From: Amoebidium appalachense
Lineage: Eukaryota; Protista; Ichthyosporea
NCBI GenBank assembly: GCA_963693365.1
Contig: CAVNZM010000001.1
Location: 14,184,418 to 14,248,417 of the forward strand
DNA length: 64,000 nt
Direction: 5' to 3'
Shown: positions 38,036 to 56,848 of the stretch, one piece after another
How the letters are laid out: each line of letters opens with the position of its first letter
Numbering within the stretch: the first letter of the stretch is position 1
Program-made: the position numbers and the translations under genes
The notes under the pieces: model-generated
What the model saw: only the letters and a program-made list of their open reading frames with translations
Told to the model about the DNA's origin: nothing
The model's database searches: none

Positions 38036-38406
38036 ACACACACCCTTTTCCACCTGCCCTCAGCAGTGATCAATGTCATCATCTCTCTCATTCAGTTTAC
38101 GTACAAATGCATTTTTCGCATTCCAATATAACGCGGTATACGACGATTGAGCAATCACAACTGGCACAGTGTTTGAATTTGGTGGATCATTGCAATTTGG
38201 TACGCCAAAATCGTGTTTTACGCCCAAAGATACACGTCGCAATTTAAAAAAGTTAACTACGTTAAATCATCATTTAACTGATCATGAGGGATCCCTTAGT
38301 ACCGCTATATATGAATACGCAAATTAAACTTTCAGCTGCCAAGCCTTGCCCTTAACCGATGAACCAATCCAAACGATTGCCTTACAGCGGCCCTGGGCCC
38401 CCTGAG

Positions 38407-38454
<48 letters not shown>

Positions 38455-38881
38455 ACACACACACCCTAGGCCTCGGGCTAGCCCACCGCCCCCCCCCCCA
38501 AAACCCCCACCATTCTTTGCTTTCCTTTTCTTCATTTCTTGTCTTTTTTTCTTTCTTTCTTTCTTCTGTTTCTCTCTCATACTGGCCAAAAGATTATAAC
38601 GCCTGGACCGGGGGAGGAATCGGGTAAAATGAAATCTAGTAAGCCGACTGGATGTGAAATTCCACTTTAAAAGATTTGAGCGATTTGATTGGATCCGCAA
38701 TTCCACTTAAAAAATGTGCGTTATCACTATGGTCAGATGCTCTCTCTCTCTCTCTCTCTCTCTCCCCCCCCCCCCTCCCCCCCCCCCCCCCCCCTCCTCT
38801 CTCGGGATCATTGCACTTTATCGGCCACTCCCTCCGGCCAATCCGGAAACACAACTGTGCTACATTGAAACAATCTGGATA

Positions 38882-39407
38882 CAGGGGTCCCTCGCGTTTA
38901 ATACACCCCCGTTTTTGGCCAAAAGATTAATACACGAGGTGTATTAATACGCGAATGCGACAGTTTCATTAGTAAATTGCCATATATGGTGTCGCGCTTA
39001 TGTTTTATATATGAATATAGGGAGAATTGTATTTGTCCCCCTATACTATCGTGCAGGGCCGGAAGTGTATCAATAAGCGAATGTATAAATAAGATGGTGT
39101 GTTAACCTCTTGAGGACTAATTGGTTTGGACGGGTCCCGACCAAGGCCTAAACAACTCTATTGCGGCAAGCACCCTTTGTAGTTACACCATATACAAGGT
39201 ATCGTTATTTGAGTAAAGTTCATTTTTTTTTTGCTAAAGACGAAGATTAAGTGTATAATCTAATCCCGTGCTATTTTTATTTGGCTAGTTCCTATGGACT
39301 TCATGCTCACATTAGAGCACAAACTGACTCATGTCGATGTCAGTTGACTAGATGTCGATCTCGTGAAATTTACGGTCCTCAAGAGGTTAATACGCGAGGG
39401 ACCCCTG
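38882..39407. mobile_element. Tc1/mariner (pogo/Tigger-like) MITE with TA TSD
   Basis: TA|CAGGGGTCCCTCGCGT ... ACGCGAGGGACCCCTG|TA, with TA at 38880-38881 and 39408-39409. The TIR extends to about 27 bp once the nested insert is removed. Confidence 0.88.
39106..39386. mobile_element. piggyBac-like MITE (281 bp) with TTAA TSD, nested in the pogo-like MITE
   Basis: TTAA|CCTCTTGAGGAC ... GTCCTCAAGAGG|TTAA: perfect 12-bp TIRs, TTAA at 39102-39105 and 39387-39390. Confidence 0.88.
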
Positions 39408-39651
39408 TATGTACATCTCTCTTTCTTCTTTCACTCTCACTCGCTCTCTCTCTCCCTCTCTCTCCCTCTCCATCTCCCTCTCCCTCCCCCTCCCTCTCCC
39501 TCCCCCTTCCCCTCCCTCTCCCCCTCCCCCCTCCCTCTCCCCCCCCCCCCTCTCTCTTTCATTCTCTCTTTCTTCTTCTTCTTCTTCTTCTTCTTTTTTT
39601 TCCCCCCCGGGGGGGGGGGGGGGGGGGTCGAATCACACACGCGCGCGCGCG

Positions 39652-39735
<84 letters not shown>

Positions 39736-39740
39736 GTCTC

Positions 39741-39789
<49 letters not shown>

Positions 39790-39960
39790 TCCTGGCATTG
39801 CCGATCGAAAGTAGGAAGGGGGGTGGTTGGGAATTTTGGCAGATGGATTCGGTCCGTCGAGGGACGCGGCCGCGGGGCAGCCGGTTTGCCATAATTACTT
39901 AAGATTAATAGTGTATAAGGCAAGCCCCTTACAAAAACTGCAATACTACGTACAGAAGCT

Positions 39961-40110
39961 CATTACTAACGATATATTATTTAACTCACCACCCTCGTTG
40001 GTTGGGCATCACTAACGATACATTTTAAATTCAAATCAGCACTTTCGTTGGGTGGGCATCACTAAGGAGATATTTAATTTTAATTCAGCATTTTCATAAA
40101 ATGGGTATCA
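39961..40110. repeat. Degenerate ~50-bp tandem repeat, about 3 copies
   Basis: TCGTTGG(T/G)TGGGCATCACTAA occurs twice, flanked by partial copies. Confidence 0.6.
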
Positions 40111-40783
40111 TGATGGTATTACCACCAACTCAGCACCTATAATAGTCTTGATGATGCATCCAGTTCGCCCATAAATTGCCAACGGTTGAACTTTTATTAT
40201 TTGTTCTGGTTCCGGGCATCATATTTCGATGTTCCAAAGGCCACCCAGTTTCTTTCACTGACAAAGTCTGTACGTACACCGTGCAGATACATTCGAAACG
40301 TTCAAGGTTAATTTTTCGTAGCAAAAAAAAGACATGCCCCCCCCCCCCCCCCCCCCCCCCCCCTTCCCCCCTCTCCCTTCCCCCCTTCCCCCCTCCCTCC
40401 CCCCCCCCCCCTCCCCCTGCCCGCCCCAAATTCACACATGTCGGACCGGTTCGACTAATGTACGTTCGACGGTCTTCATTTGCCAGCATCTTTCATACTG
40501 CAAAGTTATGTATCTTTTCACAATCATTGACTACAGAAACATCTGTAGGGAAATTTGCAGTGTCTGCCTATGTACCACATTCACAGGGATCTTCGCGAAT
40601 TATGTAAAGTAGAGGACCACTGTGCATCACAACTTCCTCCCCCCCCTCCCCCCCCCCCCCCCCCCCCTCCCCCTGCCCCCCCACCTCTCCCTTTTTGTCT
40701 CTCCCCCCCCCCCCCCCCCCCCCCCTCCCCCCCTCCCCAGCTGGCCCTGGCCCTCCACTGGGCTGCTGTCAATCTTTGAAGGG

Positions 40784-46301
<5,518 letters not shown>

Positions 46302-47063
46302 CTTCGCGACTTTTCAAGGACCTTGCACTTGCAGTCGTTGTTACAGAATTATTTGTGTTGTGTACAATTGGTACGCACAAATGTAGTCTTGTATGCGTAT
46401 ACGCATAGGCTTGGAAGCTCTAAATAGACCAAAATTTACAGTATGTAGGTCGGCTGGCTTTCACTCGAGGTCTGAAAAGTGCTCCAAAAGTCTCCTGACC
46501 TCCGTGCCTTTATATAGCCGCCACCGTTATGTCTGAAACACAATCATCCAATAAGAGTAATGTAAACAATATTTAAGCCTTATAGATTGGGTATATATCA
46601 TGACTATGCAGAGCTCCAAAGCTATCCGCGAATGATAAAATGCCTGCTCGTGCTCCAATGAAAACGAATTGCGGGCAAGTGATTCACAAAAAGGATGACC
46701 CCACCAAACTTTGACTAATAAACTCAAGCCTATTACAATTGTTATCCCGAATGTTTGCAATATATATTACATACAGAAATAGCACTTTTGGTTACATTCA
46801 GCAACATTAATGCTGGTGCTTTCATCGGACTCCCGGGACCCGGAGAATATTTGTGAGATCTATTGCAAATCCAGGCCCTGCTTTATTGGCTTCTGGAAGC
46901 ACCAATAGTTCCAATAGATGGAAAAACAAGCTCCAATCAAATCGTTTACAAATGGTGTCATTGCAACCACAGGGGCCGTCTGTACAATGTACATACCGTG
47001 ATGTGTGCCAGCCCTTGAAGATGCGCATGCACACACACACACACAAACACACACGTGCACCGT

Positions 47064-47113
<50 letters not shown>

Positions 47114-47123
47114 CGCACACACG

Positions 47124-47196
<73 letters not shown>

Positions 47197-47292
47197 ATGT
47201 GCATGTACACACACACAGCACAAGCATACACAAGCACAACACGTATACACAAACACACAACACACGCACGCACACACGCACACACACACGCA

Positions 47293-47353
<61 letters not shown>

Positions 47354-47614
47354 GCACACACACAGCGTCGTACATGCATGTATACACACGCATGTACACA
47401 CACACGTTTACACACATGACGCGACTGCCTTCAAACACACACACGCACGCACACGCACACACACGCACATGTTTACCCACCCACACACACACACACGTGT
47501 ACACATATACCTACACGTTTACACGCACACACGCGCACACGGCACACGCACAGGCACGCACACACACGACATGCACACAGAACTTCACACACTCACCCGG
47601 GGGGGGGGAGGGGG

Positions 47615-47653
<39 letters not shown>

Positions 47654-47952
47654 TCGAGTCCCGTGGCTCGTAGTATGGTCTGACATATAGGACATCACCA
47701 TGATAATGTTGGTATTACTGGCACCCTCATGAATCATTCATAATTTTAAATCATGCAGCGATTTACACTGCAGCTGTATGCCGTGCATGATGATGTACTA
47801 AAAACATGAAACTTTACACCAACCTTAGCTTTTATTACATTACCATTTGAAAAATGGTTAGAACAGCTATACATAATAACAGGCTTGCTCCCCCCCCCCC
47901 CCCCCCCCCCCTCCAACCCCCCTCCCCCCCCCCCCCCCCCCGCCTCCCTGCC

Positions 47953-47986
<34 letters not shown>

Positions 47987-48930
47987 CCCCAACACACACA
48001 ACCCGCTTCCCCCCCCGGCATACACACACACATCAACGTCACCCAAGACACACACACGTGTGCACCGCCAACTCTACTTATTAAAAATTCTAAAGAAAGC
48101 AGATGATAGGTAGTTACTACCCTAACGGCAGGATACACATACACACAGTACCCTTATGTTAGATCGCAAATCGAGATTGTCAAACGTCTGGTACATTTGT
48201 AACCATATATGGCTCGCAGAGCTGTAATACCGTTGGTTTGGCAGAATACACACACCACAGTTACTGTAACTGTTACACACAGGTGCACTGATTCACTGAC
48301 ACACACACACAGACACCGTGGGACACCCGCACACACACACACACACGCGGGCGCGCTCGCGCGCGCGCACAGAAGCACACACACAACACACACACGCGCA
48401 CACGCGCGCACACAAGCACACATGCACACACATACACACGGAGGGAGTCGCACCGGGGGGGAGGGTCCACCTATCCCTAAACATTTTATGTAAATAACAG
48501 GAGGGGGAGGGAGGGGGGAGGGGGAAGGGGGGGAGGGGGAGGACCCACTACCCTCTCGAACAGGTGGTCCCCCTGTCCCCCTCTTCTCTGGGTGGGTGGG
48601 TGGGTTGGTGGTGGTGGGGGAAAAGGGGGGGGGACCACCAGGCCTAGGGTGAATTTCGATAGTGAGGCTACGAAAAGACTCCCGGATTCAACCTCTTTTT
48701 CGAAGGCCATATACATAAATGTTTTGCCAATGATCAAGTTTGAATCAGCATATGTATATGATGGGCACACAGTGCTGCTTCATATTGGGCCGATATCACA
48801 TACTAATACTCATATGCCAAACAAGTCAAACGCCACTATTGAGTGTGCACACCTCATATATAGATAACTAGCAATGCTGACACCCAATTTAAAAAAGACA
48901 AAAAAACAAACAAACAAACGGGTCATAGGT

Positions 48931-50289
48931 CTATTTTCTACTCGCAGAGAATATCCTCCTCACAACACCCGGGGTCGTATCCACGCTACTCCTCCTATGC
49001 GCCTGTGTATGTGTGCATTTCTGGCACGCAGCCGCTAAACACTGCGCGCAAAACGGGAACTGAGAAGTGCTCATATTACTAATGGAAAGAAGCGCGACCC
49101 TTCGCGCCTCAGATTCAACCTTTGTCTCTCTGAGCGATTCCTTCACCGCGTCTAGCTCCCGCTGGAGAGCAAACATTTGCCTGTTTTTCTCTTGACACGA
49201 CCACAAAAGTTCCGCAACCACCGCCCCTTTATCCCCCGTCTCGATAATGTCTATCAATTCTTTACGGTTTCGTGTCGCGCTTTCGATTAGCGCCAGGCTC
49301 CGTTTCCCCGCCTGATCCAATCGCTTGACCGTTTCTTCCAAAACCGCCACCCGTGCCCTTAAGGTCAGACACTCATCCCTTAACTCGTTGTCTTCGTGGT
49401 GTGTCGTGGCCAACTTTTGCGCTAGCTTTTCTTCCTCCGTCAACCCGGTTAAGTGTTGTGTAATCGCAATCATGTTCTCTCCCGTGACGCTAACTTTGGG
49501 TGATCCTGCCGGTGAAGCAGGACGCCCGCTCCCCAACCTCGCGATGGGTGAATGGGGAAGGTGGGGCTGGCTTGGGTTTCTCTGTAACTTGTTTAATGAC
49601 ACATGCTGAAGCTCCGGTACGGATGAAGAAGAAGAAACGGGCCTCATCGTTCCGGAAGAACGTGTCTGATGCGCCAAGTTGCTCCTTTTAGTCCGCAGTT
49701 TGCTGGCGTCACTGCTTGAAGGTGTCTGCATGGGTGTACCAGGGGCACCAGAATGCACGCTAGCATCCGAACCCCTCCTACTCTCACTGCTATATCCAGC
49801 ACCATCGGTTGAAGCGGACGCGGATGATGTGCGGCATGTTAGAAGCGAGCTTGCAGCTGCAACAGAAGCCATAATGGACGATTTTCGGTGGTGCCTGCTG
49901 TGAGATCGGGACATAGGTACAGTATCATATACCGTTGAAGGGTCATCAAGAATGGACGCTGCCTCTTTCCCCATCACCCTGACTGCTTTTTCGAACCTGT
50001 GCCCATAGTGCTTTTCATGGGACGGCTCAGTCTCGCTTTCGCTGTCTGTAAGAAACGATGAGGACTCGGTGGTAACGGATGAATGTTCGTTTGCGTGCAT
50101 TTGTGATGCATCGCTTCTTTTGGACTCGATTGTCATGATGCTATCTGTTTGCGACAGGTCGGAGGGGGTAGTGGTGAGTTGTAGTGTGTGTGTGTTGTGT
50201 GTGGTGGTTGTGTCGGGGCTTGGCGGGGACGAGGTGTGAGCAGGCACTAGGCCTAAATTTGGGGATGTTACTATGTCGGCAGATGCCAT
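48931..50289 (-). CDS. Hypothetical Ser-rich protein with a C-terminal coiled coil and CxxC-x3-CxxC motif
   Basis: Long non-repetitive ORF. Coiled-coil-like LRDECLTLRARVAVLEETVKRL...LQRELDAVKESL; C-terminal CAQCLAAACQKC. The true start may be the ATG at 50136 (MTIESK), just after a CAG acceptor-like site. Confidence 0.65.
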   Translation of the reverse strand: MASADIVTSPNLGLVPAHTSSPPSPDTTTTHNTHTLQLTTTPSDLSQTDSIMTIESKRSDASQMHANEHSSVTTESSSFLTDSESETEPSHEKHYGHRFEKAVRVMGKEAASILDDPSTVYDTVPMSRSHSRHHRKSSIMASVAAASSLLTCRTSSASASTDGAGYSSESRRGSDASVHSGAPGTPMQTPSSSDASKLRTKRSNLAHQTRSSGTMRPVSSSSSVPELQHVSLNKLQRNPSQPHLPHSPIARLGSGRPASPAGSPKVSVTGENMIAITQHLTGLTEEEKLAQKLATTHHEDNELRDECLTLRARVAVLEETVKRLDQAGKRSLALIESATRNRKELIDIIETGDKGAVVAELLWSCQEKNRQMFALQRELDAVKESLRETKVESEARRVALLSISNMSTSQFPFCAQCLAAACQKCTHTQAHRRSSVDTTPGVVRRIFSASRK

Positions 50290-50363
50290 TTTTTGCAAGA
50301 CTATGGTGATAAGAAAGCGAACTTAAGCTGTTGGGTAGTGATGGGTTTATATAGTTAGGCTCC

Positions 50364-50405
<42 letters not shown>

Positions 50406-51345
50406 AACTTAGAATATACTGGTTGCGAATAGTTAACATCCGCATGGCAATGTGACGGTTTTGGTTACGTTGGTTACGTTGAGGTGGGTAGCCATTGAAA
50501 ATCCTAATTCTTACTTCCCAAAGCCCATCACCAGACACGGTAAAGACTAAATGGTCTACACGAATTAACAAATAACCAGCAAAAATTACTACTTATTTGG
50601 TGCCGTGATAAGTGCATGCAAGTAATATTGCTGTGTTTGTGTGCCAGATCTAGAGTTGTTGTCGTGGATGCAAAGGAGCAACACCAGATCTTTGCGTGTG
50701 CGGAGAAATTTGAACGCCTACCAATCGAGCTAGCCTTAAACTACAACAACAACTATTCAGTAATTCATAGCCTAGTTATACAGTTTACTATGGAATAGTA
50801 ATAAAGAGTAAGATATACATATTCACAGTGATACAGCTGGGAAGAGGTGCCAACACCGGGAGCGTTGGTTTCCACCCAAACCCATGTTCTCACGCACTTT
50901 CAATTGGCCGAAAACGCATCACGCCAACTTCTAGACTAGCGGGGCTCTACCAAACACAACATTGCTTGATTGTGAATACATTCCAGTGCAAGATTGGTAA
51001 ATGAGTAAATGGAGGTAATCTTAACGCTTTATATGCTGTTTGTATGTAATACTCTCAAAAAAAGAAGAACAAAGCCATTTTGAATTCTTATGCTCAAAAC
51101 CAGACTTAATTTTATAGGACATTTTAGCGAACTTACCATAAATAATATTCCATTATTAGTTGCAGTAATTGTACTCTTAAAATTTGCCACCACGTATTTT
51201 AGAAAAGCCACAATTTGGATCCCCCTATGTAAGATCCCGTCATTGACAAGCAAGTACGTGATTGGTGTCCTTTAAAGGAACGCAAACCCCCTACACCCAC
51301 ACAGCGCACGCGCCCTGACAAACACTCACACCACCATCACACTGA

Positions 51346-52075
51346 CGCGTACACGAATTAGCCCTTAAATTTCACGAGCACATCACCCGCCTGTCCGCTT
51401 GTGCCCCGGACCACCCGCTCTTCCGGCTACACATGCCCGCCGGACTCGCCCCTCTTCCTCTTCCCTTCCCCATCGTCTCTGCCCATTGCCGAGCGTTATG
51501 TGGAATGGCTGGCGACCCCACCGGAGGTACGGCTAGATCATAGTGTGAATATGAATAGTTTCAAGTCTATGGCTGATAGATATCTTTTTACTCTACGTGT
51601 TGAGTCCCTTCCGGTATTAGGTCCGCAAAAACACCAACTACTAGTAGCCTATATGGCGGATACGGTTAGAGAGTCTCGTTCATACATAGATTCGTTTATT
51701 CGTAATGTGGTGTGGTGTAAAAACGCAAAGATGATTATGGATTGGCGGTGTAATCGGTTTCTGGTGTCTCCTGCTCGTATGTGAAATATGTGTGGGGGCC
51801 GGTTTACTCGCGGCTGCATATCTATCAACAAGTGCAACCTGTTAGCTAACGTATTAGAACCGGAGGTTATTGGCGGTTTTATTCTCTTTTCTTCCTCTCT
51901 TCCTCAATATATCCGTTTTAAGATGACTATCCTAGATCACCTTATTAATGCTGCACAGTATGATATTGTGATCCGGTGCCTTAACTTTCTTTCGGAGCTA
52001 CCGGTGCTAGCCTCTGCTTACCCATATTATGTAACAGGGGTGTCATATACTACGATGGCGCTCATTGTTGCCTAG
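51346..52075 (+). mobile_element. Decayed 3' fragment of a LINE related to the element at 29008-33543
   Basis: Frameshifted translations align by eye with the ORF2 C-terminus: RVHELALKFHEHITRL..PDHPLF versus RVSYLALKFNKHISRL..PSHPLF; DWRCNRF versus QWRSNKY; FTRGCI versus FNRSCI; TILDHLINAAQYDIVIRCLNFL versus NILDFILNTRNYDLFIRCIDWL. Confidence 0.8.
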
Positions 52076-52319
52076 CATATCACATACATATGTCACTGGC
52101 TGCATTTGATTGGCTGCGCTGGAAAACGCAGTAGGCCGTCGAATGTGGCTGGGCCTCCGGCAGTGTCCACGCAATAAAAAGTGTGTAAACCCCACAAAAG
52201 TGACAAACACGCACGAACAGTCAAACACTCACACGGGTGACACGGCCACACTCGATCACCGGTGGCACTCAAAAGTTTCATGGATAAAACCCACCCACAC
52301 ACATAAAAATACACACAAA

Positions 52320-52448
<129 letters not shown>

Positions 52449-52548
52449 ACACACACACAACCACACGCACACACACACACGCACACGCACACGCACACGC
52501 ACACACACGCACACGTACACATACACACGGTGGCAGACACACGCCGTG

Positions 52549-52618
<70 letters not shown>

Positions 52619-53440
52619 TGGCACACACACACACACACGCACGCACGCACACACGCACGGCACGCACGCACGCACGCACGCACACAAGGTTACGCTGGGA
52701 CCTAGACATGTGTTTATTAGTAAATAGCGCATAGTGTCCACACACAAAAAAAGACGCCGCGACGCGTGTGCGCGCGTATGCACGCACGTACACACAAACA
52801 TGCACGCACGCACGCACACACACACACACCTTTGGCAAAAAGCCCCCGAAGTTATTGTATCATGATACTTGAAGAACAGTAATAATAATACAGTCACAGT
52901 AGTAGCAATCAACTTAGAAGGACATGGAACTCTTGCTTGCAAATGCACACACCACACGTCCGGACACATATGATACATACAAAAACGCCCGTGCACTTTG
53001 CCACACTTGTACACAGAAAGCAAAGTTCCCCATTAGCTAGTATGACTTTGGCTGCTTGACAGTCTGAGTTTTTCATAACTTAAAATGGAGAAGTGTATCT
53101 TTAAATAGCGCTTTCTATAATTAATTATCATTTTGGCGGCCCGGGGGGCAACAGTTTAGTCACATGTACAGGCAGAGCCAAATCGGAAACGATAGCCTAC
53201 ACAGTGTATGAGGTGAAACGGGATAAGGAGAAAAAAACAAAAAAATGCACAGGCATGATGGATGATACTACTCACACAATGACTAGTAGTCTACTTGGAG
53301 CCCGAGAAGCCTTCGGAATTGGCGGGCTCCATTTGAATTTCTTAACTTAACATGAAACCTGTACAACCAGAATGCACGTGGAGAGCACTGATGGTTACGG
53401 GACACTTTTTGGTAGTGGGGCATATTTGTTTTAAGGGAAC

Positions 53441-53483
<43 letters not shown>

Positions 53484-53694
53484 CGCGGGGACGAGGGGCG
53501 GGGGGGGGGGAGGGGGGGGAGGGAGGAGGGAGGGGGGAGAGGAGGAGGGGGGGGGGGGGGGGGGGGGGAAAGGGGGAGAGTGGGGATGAGCTTTGCTACA
53601 GTTACAAATATAACTGAGGGGCTTTGCTTCTAAGGTTTTATTTCATTTTATTTCAGTTATTGTAAAAAAAAAAAAAAAAAAATTGTGTGTGTGT

Positions 53695-53746
<52 letters not shown>

Positions 53747-53782
53747 CTGATTGGGCTGGAGGGGACACCCTCTTCCTACAAG

Positions 53783-53825
<43 letters not shown>

Positions 53826-54452
53826 AAAAAAAAAAAAAAGCACACATTCATTTTTCTAATTCGAGAGTCCTTTAGCAGGAGGTGTACATGTTACTTGGTC
53901 ATACTGATGAGTGAGGCTCATGATAATGCCTACTTCATAGCGTAGTGAGCCCTTAACATGTGATGGTTGCAACAGCTGACGTCATGCATTTCTTTAGCTG
54001 CAATATATAATTTTCACAGTTCTAATAGACTGATTTTATAGTGCATTCCAGGCTGCAAGTCGTGGCCCCATGGGCCATGGCTTTGAAGCATCGCAAACAA
54101 AAAGACAAATCTACAAATAGAGCCTTTTCGAATTGAGATTGACGGGGTGGGCTGGGAACATTGAATATCCCAGTCGGCCAGGTGGGTCCCTCCCCCCCCG
54201 GAGGGGGGTGGGGGAGACCCACCCACCCCTGCGGCTACCTGGGGGGGGGGGGGGGGGGGGGGGGGGTGGGCCCCCCCCCCCCGGGAGGGGGGGGGAGGGG
54301 GGTACCACCAGGGGGGACGTCGATGTTTACTACTCTCCCCCCCCCATTTCAAATTTAGAAATCCCTAACATGACGCTCACGTTCTGGTTGTTAGCTAGTA
54401 TATTTAACCAAGTTGGTATCTAGCTAGCATACCAGCTCCTTACCATTGAAAA

Positions 54453-54658
<206 letters not shown>

Positions 54659-55996
54659 TTTGTATGTATGCGTGCCTGTATGCGTGTTCATGTGTATTCG
54701 TGTACATGTGCCTGTGTACGACTTGCAATGAAAAAGCAGAAACTGAAATATTTTGCGTTTTTCGAAATGTGCACAAGTGTACTTGGTGGTGGTGGTGGGG
54801 GGGGGGGGGGGGGGGGGGGGGGGGATCCAAGGGGGGGGGGGGGGGGGGGGATCCGGGGGGGGTGGTCTACACTTGAGTGATCACGAACACGCAGCTGGCC
54901 CGCCCACGGCAGCCGGCCGGCGGCCACCAATCATTTGATGGTGCGAACTTAGCCAATCAATATGCTCTAATGTTCTAAGCCATTCACCTGGAGAAATATC
55001 TCTTAGTTGTACCAATCAAAACAGCCGAATATAGATCTATTTGTAGCTGGCCTCACCACATCCAGACTGTTGCCATTGCATTTTGAAGTCATGCCCTCTC
55101 GGCAAGTCTGTGGATAGCCGACGCGCGCCGTCCCATGCTGGTTTGATGGACGTGCGCTATACGCGGAGCACACAAAAGAATAATACATAAGGGAGGCTTA
55201 TATGAGGTGTATATAGATACTGGTGATCACTACTGCAGGATGGGGATGGAGAAAATTTCACCACGGTGCACGTGTATGCATGTAGAGATCTAGACATGAT
55301 TAAGTGGCTGCAGGCATATGGGGGTTCATAAGCATATATGTACACATATGTGTGTATGTGCCCGCGCGCGTGTGTGCTGCGCGCGCGCGCGCGTCTGTGT
55401 ATGTATGGGTGAGAGGGTAAAGAAAGAGAGGCCACGTGGGGTGGAGGGGGGGGGGAAGGGGGGGGGGGGGGGGAGGGGGGGAGGAAGGGTTGACACCACC
55501 TGCTACTGTAGGTGGGCATGCCGCCTCTATATAGGGTAGCAGTAATAGGCACATATGTTGGCGCACCGGAACCGCGGTAATAAAACCAAGTTGCTGCTTC
55601 CGGTGCGTACGCGAATGGTGCACGGGGCCGTGCATGTACGTAAGCGTGAGCAGAATTTAGCGCCAAAAAGCTACGTGTCTGTCCTTTCGAACATTTAGGC
55701 TTTGTGTGGTCTAAAACCGACGAGGAATGCATAAGCCGAGATTCATATGGCGTATGTGCATGTGCATGTACATATACGGCGGTATACGGTACTGCATGCC
55801 CCACTTTGCACCCACACGTGGAGTAAACAGTGTTAAGAGCTGGAATGGCATATGTTTTTGCGAAATGCATGCGTATGCTAGATCAATGATATTTGAGGCC
55901 TAGCAAGGGATATCACACTAATCCTTAATAGTTAATATTCACAAGCCCACCAGACGTATATGCACCATACAAATAGTTATTCAAACCCGAGGGAAA

Positions 55997-56801
55997 ATGT
56001 CGCTTTCCTCACCCAAATTAGCACATCTGTGGCACTTATCACGTTATTTCGTTCTTTTTTCCCTCTTCATCCTTCACGCTGGGAAAGTTGTGCACGCAGA
56101 GGTAGACCCAGACCGCGCAGACAACACCGCTGCCCTAGCCAGAGACACCACGTGCCACGAAGACTGGGAACAACACGCACAGCGCCTCTGCACAATCTAC
56201 GAATGCTGCGGTGAAAATGCACCCGTTGTGATTACTTACAAAAACGGAATACGTGGGGCGGAGGTGAAAGGGGCCGGAGAGCGTATGGGTCCGTTATGCA
56301 AGAGGTTGCACTATAGTTCTGAAGTTGCGGACAGTTATCATGTGCGGTCGAAGAAATCAACGGATATGACAAGGGATGACATTGCAGACGAGAGCAAAAA
56401 CGGGTCGCCGGAGCGGTTGGTAACGTGGAACATGTATAGGCCGACGGCAACAGACGATCTTGTCAAGGTACATACCTGATTGCAGCACGTTATGTTTACT
56501 CTATTTGTACGGGTGACTGCCTATGCGCACAGTGAATTTCGCATACCGTAAAGCTTCTCCTAACGTTAACGGTGTAGCTGCCTCCCCCCCCCCCCCCCCC
56601 TCCCCCCCCCCATCCCCTCCCCCCCCCCCCCTCCCCCTCCTCCTCTTGCGCGACACAGCCTGTATAAAACAGCGTCATCCACAAAATACAACACTTTTAC
56701 CGTGTGACTAGCCACACACACCGTGGTACTACATGTATGATACACACAAAGAAGGCCTCGAAGCTTGTACAACACACACACACACACGCACACACACCCG
56801 G

Positions 56802-56848
<47 letters not shown>

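Noticed and set aside
53895-53955. Hammerhead-like CTGATGA-GTGAGGCTCAT-GATAA
   Set aside because: The core has GATAA instead of GAAA, and stems I and III pair poorly.
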